Source of the DNA: Candidatus Tepidifontimicrobium thermophilum
Lineage (GTDB): Bacteria > Sysuimicrobiota > Sysuimicrobiia > Sysuimicrobiales > Sysuimicrobiaceae
NCBI GenBank assembly: GCA_031459915.1
Contig: JAVKHO010000031.1
Span: forward strand, 1-12,974
DNA: 12,974 nt
Direction of reading: 5' to 3'
In this document: positions 1 to 7,173 of the stretch, in pieces
How the letters are laid out: every line of letters begins with the position of its first letter
Position numbering within the stretch: the stretch's first letter is position 1
The notes under the pieces: generated by a model
What the model was told of the DNA's origin: nothing
The model's input: the letters and a program-made list of their open reading frames with translations, nothing else
Databases searched by the model: none
Made by a program: the position numbers and the translations under genes

Positions 1-326
1 CGTCGCAGGACGCGCTGGAAGTAGGAAGCGGCCCTTTCCCGGTAGCGGCGCTCCAGGTTGTCGCCCTTGAGGGCGCCGACGGCCCCGACGAGCTCCGCTA
101 CGACGTCCTCCAGCCGCTGGAGACGCCGTTCGGTGCCCTTCTGCGCTTCCACCAGCTCGGCGGTGGCCTGCTGGAGCTTCTGGACGTCTGCGGACAGCTG
201 GCGCACGAGCCGGGGCAGGCGCAGCAGTTCCTGGCTGAGGAGGAGGCGGCGGAGTTGAGCCCTCCACTCCGGGCGCTCCTCCAGGAGCCTGACGAGGCTG
301 TGGAAGTCGCGGACGGTGAACGCCAT
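1..326 (-). CDS. Coiled-coil hypothetical protein, 5' part only (runs off the left edge). Resembles a thermophile family whose members often carry a C-terminal PD-(D/E)XK-like domain
   Basis: Not in the ORF track because it has no stop in the window. Manual translation from ATG 326-324 gives MAFTVRDFHSLVRLLEERPEWRAQLRRLLLSQELLRLPRLVRQLSADVQKLQQATAELVEAQKGTERRLQRLEDVVAELVGAVGALKGDNLERRYRERAASYFQRVLR. It is open throughout, has heptad-like L/V periodicity and strong GC3 bias. Family assignment is from memory of the N-terminal and LKGxxLERRYRE motifs. Confidence 0.85.
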   Translation of the reverse strand, partial: MAFTVRDFHSLVRLLEERPEWRAQLRRLLLSQELLRLPRLVRQLSADVQKLQQATAELVEAQKGTERRLQRLEDVVAELVGAVGALKGDNLERRYRERAASYFQRVLR

Positions 327-794
327 GGCTTATTCAGGGTACCGCAGCGAGAGCCGCGCTGAGGAGTCCCCGGTTCGTGCCGCACGCTGCCCGCCTGCAG
401 CTGGTTCGCGCCTTGCTCGGTGCGCTGCTGGCCTCTCCGGCGCTGCTACCTGGGACCGCTCGTGCACTGCCGCGCCCGGCGCCGCCAGTTCCTCCGGTGC
501 AGGAACGAAGGAGGCCTGGAGCTGGGTTCACTCCTCCACCCGGACGCGGCCGTGGCGCCCGCTCCGTCGCGGTGGTTCCCGGACTCGGCCGTCGTCGTTA
601 CCGAGGACTTGCTTGGCGGTTGCCGGGGTGCAATCGGAATTGCCGGGGGGCAGTCTGGCAGGTGATCGCCGGGGCGCGGAAAGGTCCGGCTCCTCGTCAC
701 GGGCTGCTCTGGAGCGCACGGGGCCCGGGCACCGACGCCGGCAGGCCCGCAGGACTGGCGGCGAGCGAGGTCGTAGGACTGCAGGTGGATCCTC

Positions 795-1958
795 ATGCGC
801 GCAGCGTGGCTACTCCTGGCTGTCCTGCTGGCTGCGGGGTGCGGGTCGTCGGCTCTTCCGGCAGTTCCCCAGCCGCCTCCGGGCCCGCCTCCACCGGTCG
901 GCCAGCCCGTGCGGGCCCTGCGGGCGCTGCTATTGTCCGTGGACTTTCCCGACGCTCCCGCGACGGCGTCTGCGGCTTCCGAGTTCGACCGGGTCGTGCC
1001 CACGCTCCGCGCGTACTTTCGAGAGGTTTCCTTCGGCCTGTTCGACCTGGTGGTGGAACCGTCTCCCCGCTGGTGGCGGATGCCCCAGCCGTCCGCCGCC
1101 TACGGGCTGGGATCCCGCCAGGACCTGGAGGGTGGGAAGGTGGACCTGCTGCTGCGGGACGCGGTGGCGGCCGCAGACCCGGAAGTGGACTTCCGCCCGT
1201 ACAACGCGGTGCTGCTGGTGGCGCCGGCGGGAGCGCGGATCTACTGCTGTTTCGCCCACCGGTCGCTCTCACCACCGGTGACGAACGAAGGCGCGCGGGT
1301 GGAGTGGGTGACGTTTCAGAAGGCAGAGCAGACCTCGATCGGAGTCTACGCGCACGAGGTCGGCCACGTGCTGGGGCTGCCAGACCTGTACGACTACGCG
1401 CTGGCCAGCGCGGGCTATGGCATCGAGGCCGCCATCCACGTGGGCCCGTGGGACCTCATGTCCAGGGGACCGGTAGCCGCCACCCGGGCCCATCCGTCCT
1501 CGTGGAGCAAGATGCGGCTGGGCTGGCTGCGGGCCGAGTGGGTGCTTTCCGTACCGCGCGGCGGGTCCGGCGTCGCGGTGCTGGACGCCCTCTCTGCACC
1601 GCCCGGAAGTGGGGGGTACGCGGCCGCGTGGCTGCCGGTGACGGGCTCGCGGTCCTACTTCGTCGAGGTGCGGAGCCAGGAGGGATTTGACGGAGTGCTC
1701 TACGACCGGGGTGTCCTGGTGTACGTGTACGACGCGACGATCCCCAACGGGCAAGGTCCCCTGCGGCTAGTAGACGCACATCCCGAGGCCCAGGATCCGG
1801 GGCTGCTCCGCCAGTACGGGCCGAAGTACAGCGCGCCGTTTGACCTGGGCCCCGGAGAGGTGAGCGAGTTCCGGGACGAGCGGGACAGCGTCCGGGTCCG
1901 CGTGGTCGGAGGCGGTGGGAGGCGCTACCAGGTGCACCTGCAGAATGGCGGTCTCTGA
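795..1958 (+). CDS. M6 family (immune inhibitor A-like) zinc metalloprotease, predicted lipoprotein
   Basis: HEVGHVLGLPDLYD zinc motif (His codon at 1353), Met-turn GPWDLMSRG, HPSSWSKMRLGWL, LLLSVDFPD, YFREVSFG, YFVEVRSQEGFDGVL. N-terminal lipobox LAAG-C16 followed by a Pro-rich linker. Confidence 0.9.
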   Translation: MRAAWLLLAVLLAAGCGSSALPAVPQPPPGPPPPVGQPVRALRALLLSVDFPDAPATASAASEFDRVVPTLRAYFREVSFGLFDLVVEPSPRWWRMPQPSAAYGLGSRQDLEGGKVDLLLRDAVAAADPEVDFRPYNAVLLVAPAGARIYCCFAHRSLSPPVTNEGARVEWVTFQKAEQTSIGVYAHEVGHVLGLPDLYDYALASAGYGIEAAIHVGPWDLMSRGPVAATRAHPSSWSKMRLGWLRAEWVLSVPRGGSGVAVLDALSAPPGSGGYAAAWLPVTGSRSYFVEVRSQEGFDGVLYDRGVLVYVYDATIPNGQGPLRLVDAHPEAQDPGLLRQYGPKYSAPFDLGPGEVSEFRDERDSVRVRVVGGGGRRYQVHLQNGGL

Positions 1959-2008
1959 CGCACCCGGACGTCGGGGCCACTCCCCGGTATTCCCGTCCCC
2001 CTGACCCG

Positions 2009-3586
2009 CTACGGTTCCACCCGGAGGATGCGGGCTTTGAGGGCGGGGAAGGTGGACCAGCGGAGCTGGCCGCTGGAGACGGGGAAGCGTTCGCCGGTGA
2101 GGAGGTCGACGGCGGCGGAACCGGAGACGGGGACGGTGACGTTCTGGAGGTCGTTACTTTGGGTGTTGACGACGGCGAGGTAGGTGGCGCCTGCCTGCTT
2201 CTGCGCAGCGTAGATCCCCCGGTACACGAAGCCGTTGAACTGGGAAGGCTCTTCGAAGGGCGGCGTGGCGCCGACGATGCGGGAGAAAGAGGACGGCGAG
2301 AGGATGACAGATCGCAGGGTCGTAGTGAGGTGGCGGACGAGGGTCGTCTGCCAGGTCCAGACCTCCATGACCCTGGCCCAGCTACCCCAGGCAGTCTGGG
2401 AGGGGCTGCAGCCGCCCTCGGTCTGAGACGGTCCCCAGAGGACCTCAAAGGCGCGGGCGTTCAGGGCCACCTGGGTCAAATACCAGCGTTCGAGTTCCAC
2501 GTAGGGGTAAGGGTAGGGGCGGTGGTCGCCGCAGGGGTGCACGCCCATGGGGATGAACTCCCCGATCGGGGTGGTGGAGACGCCACGGATGAACCGAATC
2601 CCCTGCTGCCACACGCGTTCCTGCAGGAGCAGTTCGCCGAGCAGGCGAGCAAACGGGTGGTCCGCGTTGCCGGACTGGTCTACGGAAATCTCCGGCAACA
2701 TGACCCCCCCGATCTGGTAGATCTGTTCGCGGGTGGACGTGGAGCCCGCCAGGACGTAGATGTCGCCGGTCAGGCGGGCGGGGTCGAGGGAGCGGACGTA
2801 GTCGTGAACAGGGCGGTACTGAGAAATGGGCAAGGCGTCCGGATTGTACTCGTTGACGACCAGCCAGAAGAGGAGGTAGGGCTTGCGTTTGTGGAAGTTC
2901 ACGATGTCGGCGATGATGGCGCGGCCCTGGGAGGAGTTGAGACCTGGAGCCCAGGCGTCCTTGGAGCGGCCGATGTCCTGGGTCGCGGGGCCGTAGAAAA
3001 AGAGGCGGTACTGGTCCCAAAGGAACTGTTCCCGGGGGCTGGAGCCGTCCGGGTTGCTGAACCAGTTCCCCTGGACGCCGAGATATCCCGCGGACTGGAC
3101 CTGACGCCACATCTGGTCCGCAGACAGGCCTACCTTCTGGTGGAAGTCCCAGGCGTAGAACTTACTGAGCATGGCCGCCACCACGGGCTGCCCGTTCACT
3201 TCCAGCCACCCGCCGACCCCGACCCGCGTGCTGGCCCCCGACCCGGGCGCGGGCGTGGGGGTTGCAGGGGGAGTGGGCGAGGGGGTCGGCGTCGGGGTCG
3301 GTGTGGGAGTCGGTGACGGTCTCGGCGTCGGCACGGGTGACGACGTGGGTGTCGGGGTAGGAGACGGGTTCGTAGTTGGAGGGGGAGTCGGGGTGGGGTT
3401 GGATCCTGGCGGCGGGGTGGGAGTCGGTGTGGGGCTCGGTGAAGGTGAGGGGGAGGGGCTCGGAGACGGTGAGGGCGACGGCCTGGGCCGCCGCCCCGGG
3501 TCAAACGCCTGTTGAAGTGTCCCCTGCCCACACGACGTCACGAGAACCGCGGCTGCCACCAGTCCCGCCACCGTGGAAACCCGCAT
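2009..3586 (-). CDS. Lipoprotein with a Pro/Ser/Thr-rich stalk and a putative glycoside hydrolase (clan GH-A-like TIM barrel plus C-terminal beta domain)
   Basis: SD GAGGT upstream of ATG; lipobox LVTS-C19; ~79-aa PS/PT linker; [23 protein letters not shown] (NE acid/base-like), [11 protein letters not shown]-terminal YLAVVN...VDLLTGE segment like GH42/GH-A C-terminal domains. The ORF is confident, the function only moderately so. Confidence 0.7.
   Translation of the reverse strand: MRVSTVAGLVAAAVLVTSCGQGTLQQAFDPGRRPRPSPSPSPSPSPSPSPSPTPTPTPPPGSNPTPTPPPTTNPSPTPTPTSSPVPTPRPSPTPTPTPTPTPSPTPPATPTPAPGSGASTRVGVGGWLEVNGQPVVAAMLSKFYAWDFHQKVGLSADQMWRQVQSAGYLGVQGNWFSNPDGSSPREQFLWDQYRLFFYGPATQDIGRSKDAWAPGLNSSQGRAIIADIVNFHKRKPYLLFWLVVNEYNPDALPISQYRPVHDYVRSLDPARLTGDIYVLAGSTSTREQIYQIGGVMLPEISVDQSGNADHPFARLLGELLLQERVWQQGIRFIRGVSTTPIGEFIPMGVHPCGDHRPYPYPYVELERWYLTQVALNARAFEVLWGPSQTEGGCSPSQTAWGSWARVMEVWTWQTTLVRHLTTTLRSVILSPSSFSRIVGATPPFEEPSQFNGFVYRGIYAAQKQAGATYLAVVNTQSNDLQNVTVPVSGSAAVDLLTGERFPVSSGQLRWSTFPALKARILRVEP
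3245..3481 (-). repeat. Low-complexity (PS)8-(PT)n linker coding region
   Basis: Encodes [35 protein letters not shown]...PTPAP; imperfect at the DNA level because of synonymous variation. Confidence 0.95.
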
Positions 3587-3590
3587 TGTT

Positions 3591-3687
3591 TACCTCTTCG
3601 GGTACGAAGTCTATGACTGATAGAACAGGCAAGCGACCCAGACGATTCAGCCATAGGACCTGATCGGGTAAAAGACAAGTACCCAAA
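3591..3687 (-). promoter_or_regulatory. Candidate structured 5' leader (nested and alternative stems next to the RBS) of the GH-like lipoprotein gene
   Basis: On the minus-strand RNA, UUUGGGUAC (3687-3679) pairs with GUACCCGAA (3605-3597), and CUAUGGCUGA (3656-3647) pairs with UCAGUCAUAG (3620-3611). Each stem has one G-U that would be an A-C mismatch on the plus strand. No known riboswitch class recognised. Confidence 0.45.
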
Positions 3688-3728
3688 TGGTCATTTCTGT
3701 GGCGTATACAAGTTCGTATGTGTGGGCC

Positions 3729-3772
3729 CCTGAAAGTCTCCGGGCGGGGTGTCGCTGTTCGGAAACTTCAGG
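3729..3772 (-). terminator. Stem-loop overlapping the hpaD stop codon (possible terminator or 3' stabiliser, no U-tract)
   Basis: CCUGAAGUUUCCG (3772-3760) pairs with CGGAGAC(U)UUCAGG (3742-3729): 13 bp with one bulge and one G-U. Confidence 0.45.
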
Positions 3773-4718
3773 CAGCGGGCTGCGCGGGGACGGGTTTCCC
3801 GTCGAACCCTTCCACGGGGCTGCCTTCCTGGAACCAGCTTTCCGGGGCGCGGTGGCCCCACAGGGTCTGGCGGCGGGGGTCGTCCAGGCTCCACCGGATG
3901 GGCTCGAACTCCGGGTCCACCGCTAAGTAGTCGCCTGTGTACAGCTCCACCCGGTGGCCGTCGGGGTCGCGCAGGTACAGGAACATGGCGTTGCTGATCC
4001 CGTGCCGGCCGGGGCCGCGCTCGATGGCCTCCACCTGACCCGCCCCGCCCAGCGCGTCGGCCGCCCGCAGCACCGCCAGGGGGTCAGGGACCCAGTAGGC
4101 GAAGTGGTGCAGCCGCGGGCCGGCTCCCGTGGTGAGGGCCACGTCGTGCACGTTGCCCTTGCGCTGCAGCCACGCGGCCCACACGCGGCCGGCGCGGTCC
4201 ACGGTGTACTCCGTGAGCCGGAAGCCCAACCGGTCGGTGTAGTAGGCCATGGCGCGCGGGACGTCCGGGCAGAACAGGTTGAAGTGGTCCAGCCGCTGCA
4301 GCCCTGGGCCGCGGTACCGGTGGTACTGCTGCAGCAGAGAGGGGTGCCGGCCGGCCCGCCGGTAGAAGGCCACGGGGAAGCCGAAGGGGTCCTGCAGGCG
4401 GACCATGCGGGGCCGGTCGAAGTCCACTTCCTCGCGCCAGGCTAGATCCAGCTCCCGGGCCAGGGCCACCGCGCGGTCCAGGTCCTGCTCGTCCCACACC
4501 TTGAAGGCGATGTGCTGGAGACCCGGCCAGGGGTGGAGCTGGAGCTTCAGGCTCCACTCCCGCTCCTCGTAGCCACGCAGGTACACGGCGTCAGCGGCGG
4601 CGTGCACGGGCTGCAGGCCGAGGAAGCCCTCGTAGAACTCGCGGGCGCGGGCGAGGTCCGTGACGTACAGGGCCACGTGACCCGCGCGTACCACGTTCGG
4701 CCGGACCAAAGGTTCCAC
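3768..4718 (-). CDS. hpaD: 3,4-dihydroxyphenylacetate (homoprotocatechuate) 2,3-dioxygenase, VOC/type I extradiol family
   Basis: Two VOC modules; LDHFN, HDVAL, LHHFAY, IERGPGRHGISNAMFLYLRDPDGHRVELYTGDY, RRQTLWG; adjacent to hpaBC. GTG start. Confidence 0.93.
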   Translation of the reverse strand: MEPLVRPNVVRAGHVALYVTDLARAREFYEGFLGLQPVHAAADAVYLRGYEEREWSLKLQLHPWPGLQHIAFKVWDEQDLDRAVALARELDLAWREEVDFDRPRMVRLQDPFGFPVAFYRRAGRHPSLLQQYHRYRGPGLQRLDHFNLFCPDVPRAMAYYTDRLGFRLTEYTVDRAGRVWAAWLQRKGNVHDVALTTGAGPRLHHFAYWVPDPLAVLRAADALGGAGQVEAIERGPGRHGISNAMFLYLRDPDGHRVELYTGDYLAVDPEFEPIRWSLDDPRRQTLWGHRAPESWFQEGSPVEGFDGKPVPAQPAA

Positions 4719-4730
4719 CCCACCCGCCGC

Positions 4731-4759
4731 TTGACACCGGGAAGCGGGTCGGGGAAGAT
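4731..4759 (+). promoter_or_regulatory. sigma70-type promoter for the gntR-hpa operon
   Basis: TTGACA (4731-4736), 17-nt spacer, GAAGAT (4754-4759) with the conserved A and T of the -10 box. Confidence 0.65.
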
Positions 4760-4770
4760 CCTATAGGATC
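4757..4770. promoter_or_regulatory. Perfect 14-bp palindrome GATCCTATAGGATC, probable operator of the adjacent GntR/FCD regulator
   Basis: Self-complementary; overlaps both predicted -10 elements; ends 3 nt before the gntR ATG. Confidence 0.7.
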
Positions 4771-4786
4771 CGCATGGGGATGTCAA
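4758..4786 (-). promoter_or_regulatory. sigma70-type promoter for hpaD
   Basis: Minus strand TTGACA (4786-4781), 17-nt spacer, TAGGAT (4763-4758). The -35 lies inside the first gntR codons. Confidence 0.75.
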
Positions 4787-5487
4787 CGGGGCGAGCCCAG
4801 GCGAAGTACCGGGAAGCGTACCGGTACATCCACGAGCGCATCCTGCGCGGCGAGTTCCGCCCTGGCCAGCGGGTGACCATCGAAGCCCTGTCCCGGGAAC
4901 TGCGGATGAGCCCCACGCCCGTCCGGGAGGCGGTCCGCCAGCTGGAGGCAGAGGGGCTGGTGACCTACCGGCCGCACGCGGGTGCCCGGGTCGCGGAGGT
5001 GGACGGCCGGGCGTACGCGGAGGTGGTTTCCGTGCGGGCGGTGCTGGAGGCCTGGGCCACCGCCCTGGCGGCTCCGCGCCTGGCTCCATCCACCCTGCAG
5101 CGGCTTCGCCAGCTCAACACCCGGATGAGGGAGGCCCTCTGCCGGGAGGACCTCGTTGCCTTCGACCGCCTCAACCGGCGCTTCCACCGCGCCCTGTACC
5201 GTCCGTGTGGCCACCGTCTGCTCACCGAGCTCCTGGAGAGCCTGCGGGCCCGCACGGACGTGGTGCGGCAGTCCATCTTCCCCTTCATTCCGGACCGCGC
5301 GCGGCAGTCGGTGGAGGAACACGACCGCCTGCTGGACCTGCTAGAGCAAGGCGCGCCGCCGGAGGAGGTGGAGGCGTTCGCGCGGCAGCACAAGCTGCGG
5401 ACCCTGGAAGCGTACCTGCGCTGGGCGGGCGGGTCGCTGGCTGCCCAGACGGGCGCCGGGATCGGAGGCAGAAGCCGTGGACGTTAG
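4774..5487 (+). CDS. GntR family transcriptional regulator (FadR/FCD subfamily)
   Basis: wHTH: ILRGEFRPGQRV...MSPTPVREAVRQLEAEGLV; FCD domain: NRRFHRAL, SVEEHDRLL, H. Alternative start ATG 4780. Confidence 0.95.
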   Translation: MGMSTGRAQAKYREAYRYIHERILRGEFRPGQRVTIEALSRELRMSPTPVREAVRQLEAEGLVTYRPHAGARVAEVDGRAYAEVVSVRAVLEAWATALAAPRLAPSTLQRLRQLNTRMREALCREDLVAFDRLNRRFHRALYRPCGHRLLTELLESLRARTDVVRQSIFPFIPDRARQSVEEHDRLLDLLEQGAPPEEVEAFARQHKLRTLEAYLRWAGGSLAAQTGAGIGGRSRGR

Positions 5488-6394
5488 CCGGCTGCGCGGT
5501 TCCATCGTCCCGCTGGTCACCCCCTTCCGGGAGGGTCGGGTGGACGAGGAGGCCCTGCGGGGCCTGGTGGAGTGGCAGATTGCCTCCGGGAGCCACGGGG
5601 TCTCCGTGTGCGGGACCACGGGCGAGCCCACGTCCCTGTCGGTGGACGAGCGCAAGCGGGTGATCGAGCTGGCGGTGCGGGCCGCAGCCGGCCGCGTGCC
5701 GGTGGTCGCCGGGGTGGGCACCAACCACCACGGGGAGACGGTGGAGATGGCGCAGTTCGCCGAACAGGCCGGTGCGGACGCGCTGCTGGTGCTGGTGCCC
5801 TACCACGTCCGCCCGACCCAGGAGGGGCTGTACCAGCACTTCCGGGCGGTGGCCCGCAGCACGCGCCTTCCGGTGATCGTGTACAACATCCCGGGCCGGA
5901 CCGCGGTGAACCTGGAGGTGGAGACCCTGGCCCGACTGCGGCGGGACTGCGAGAACGTGGTGGGTGTCAAGGAAGCCAACCGCGACTTCGAGCACGTGAA
6001 CCGCGTCCTGTGGGCGTGCGGCCGCGACTTCCTCCTGTTCAGCGGGATCGAGGTGCTGTGCTACCCCATGCTGGCCATCGGCGGCGCGGGGTTCATCAGC
6101 GCCACCGCGAACCTGGTCCCGGACCGCCTCAGTCTCCTGTACGAACGGTGGCGGGCGGGCGACGTCCGCGGGGCGCTGGAGTTGCACTACGAGCTGCTGC
6201 CCCTCAACGAGGTGCTGTTCGTGGAGACCAACCCCGGACCGGTGAAGTACGCGCTGGGGCTTCTGGGCCGGATCCACCCGGAGGTGCGGCTCCCCCTGGT
6301 GCTGCCCTCGGAGGCCAACCGGCGTCGGATCCGGCAGACCCTGGTGCAGTACGGGCTGCTGCCTGCGGACGCGCCCGCGGAGGTGACCGCGTGA
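5477..6394 (+). CDS. hpaI: 2,4-dihydroxyhept-2-ene-1,7-dioate aldolase, DapA-like class I aldolase
   Basis: GSIVPLVTPF, CGTTGEP, YNIPGRTAVN, Schiff-base GVKEA, ETNPGPVK; SGIEVLCYPMLAIGGAG is typical of the HpaI clade rather than true DapA; hpa context; SD GGAGG upstream of GTG. Confidence 0.85.
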   Translation: MDVSRLRGSIVPLVTPFREGRVDEEALRGLVEWQIASGSHGVSVCGTTGEPTSLSVDERKRVIELAVRAAAGRVPVVAGVGTNHHGETVEMAQFAEQAGADALLVLVPYHVRPTQEGLYQHFRAVARSTRLPVIVYNIPGRTAVNLEVETLARLRRDCENVVGVKEANRDFEHVNRVLWACGRDFLLFSGIEVLCYPMLAIGGAGFISATANLVPDRLSLLYERWRAGDVRGALELHYELLPLNEVLFVETNPGPVKYALGLLGRIHPEVRLPLVLPSEANRRRIRQTLVQYGLLPADAPAEVTA

Positions 6395-7140
6395 AGCGGG
6401 TGCGGTTCGCCGCGGCCGGGAGGGTGCGCACGGGAGAGTTCCGCGACGGCTGGCTGGTGGACGAGGCCGGCCGCCGGCACCGTCCGGAGGAGGTGGTGTG
6501 GCTTCCGCCCGTGCAGCCCAGCAAGGTGGTGGGGCTGGCTTTGAACTACGCGGACCACGCGGAGGAGCTGGGGGTCCGCGTGCCGGAAGAACCCGCCCTG
6601 TTCTTCAAGCCGCCCTCCAGCCTGGTGGGCCACCTCGCGCCGGTGGTCTACCCCTCCGGGGTCCGGCACCTGCACCAGGAGGTGGAGCTGGCGGTGGTCA
6701 TCGGCCGCCGGTGCCGTCGGGTGCGGCCCGAGGACGCCTACGGGGTGGTGCGCGGGTACACCATCGCCAACGACGTCACGGTCCGGGACTACGTGGGGAA
6801 CTTCTACCGACCGCCCGTACGGGCCAAGGGCTACGACACCTTCTGCCCCGTGGGCCCGTGGGTGGTGGAGGGGGAAGTGGAGGAACCACACGCCCTGCGG
6901 CTGCGCGCCTACGTGAACGGCTCGCTACGGCAGGAGGGAAGTACGGCGAACCTCCTGTGGAAGATCCCGGACCTGGTGGCGCTCGTCTCGGAGATCATGA
7001 CCCTGGAGCCCGACGACCTCATCCTGACCGGCACGCCCCGCGGGGTCGACCCGGTGTACCCTGGGGACGTGATGCGCCTGGAGGTAGAGGGGATCGGGGC
7101 TCTGGAAAACCCCGTGGTGTCGGAGGAACCAGAAGGGTAG
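6391..7140 (+). CDS. Fumarylacetoacetate hydrolase family protein (HpaG/HpcE-like isomerase/decarboxylase, single domain)
   Basis: True start is GTG 6391 (GTGA overlap with the hpaI stop, SD GGAGGTG), not 5572. Motifs KVVGLALNYADH, EPALFFKP, EVELAVVIG, GYTIANDVTVRD, KGYDTFCPVGP, DLILTGTP. Confidence 0.92.
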   Translation: MKRVRFAAAGRVRTGEFRDGWLVDEAGRRHRPEEVVWLPPVQPSKVVGLALNYADHAEELGVRVPEEPALFFKPPSSLVGHLAPVVYPSGVRHLHQEVELAVVIGRRCRRVRPEDAYGVVRGYTIANDVTVRDYVGNFYRPPVRAKGYDTFCPVGPWVVEGEVEEPHALRLRAYVNGSLRQEGSTANLLWKIPDLVALVSEIMTLEPDDLILTGTPRGVDPVYPGDVMRLEVEGIGALENPVVSEEPEG

Positions 7141-7173
7141 GGCACGCGAGGTCCGGATCCGGGAGGGATGGCG

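Noticed and set aside
1972..1986. CGGGG-ccact-CCCCG hairpin between the convergent lipoprotein genes
   Set aside because: Only 5 bp with no U-tract on either side; too weak to call a terminator.
3587..3767. Match to known riboswitches (c-di-AMP-like GCUGAAUC, c-di-GMP, M-box) or a CRISPR repeat
   Set aside because: Only isolated words match, the conserved motif order is absent, and there are no regularly spaced repeats.
5572..6390. N-terminal 273-aa extension of the FAH ORF suggesting a two-domain HpaG fusion
   Set aside because: It lies out of frame inside hpaI; the real start is GTG 6391 with an SD and GTGA coupling.
5477..6394. Annotation as lysine-pathway dapA
   Set aside because: Gene context and clade-type motifs favour the HpaI aldolase.
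7153..7162. Palindrome CCGGATCCGG upstream of hpaB as a second operator
   Set aside because: It shares only GGATC with the main palindrome, lacks the TATA core, and no promoter is nearby.
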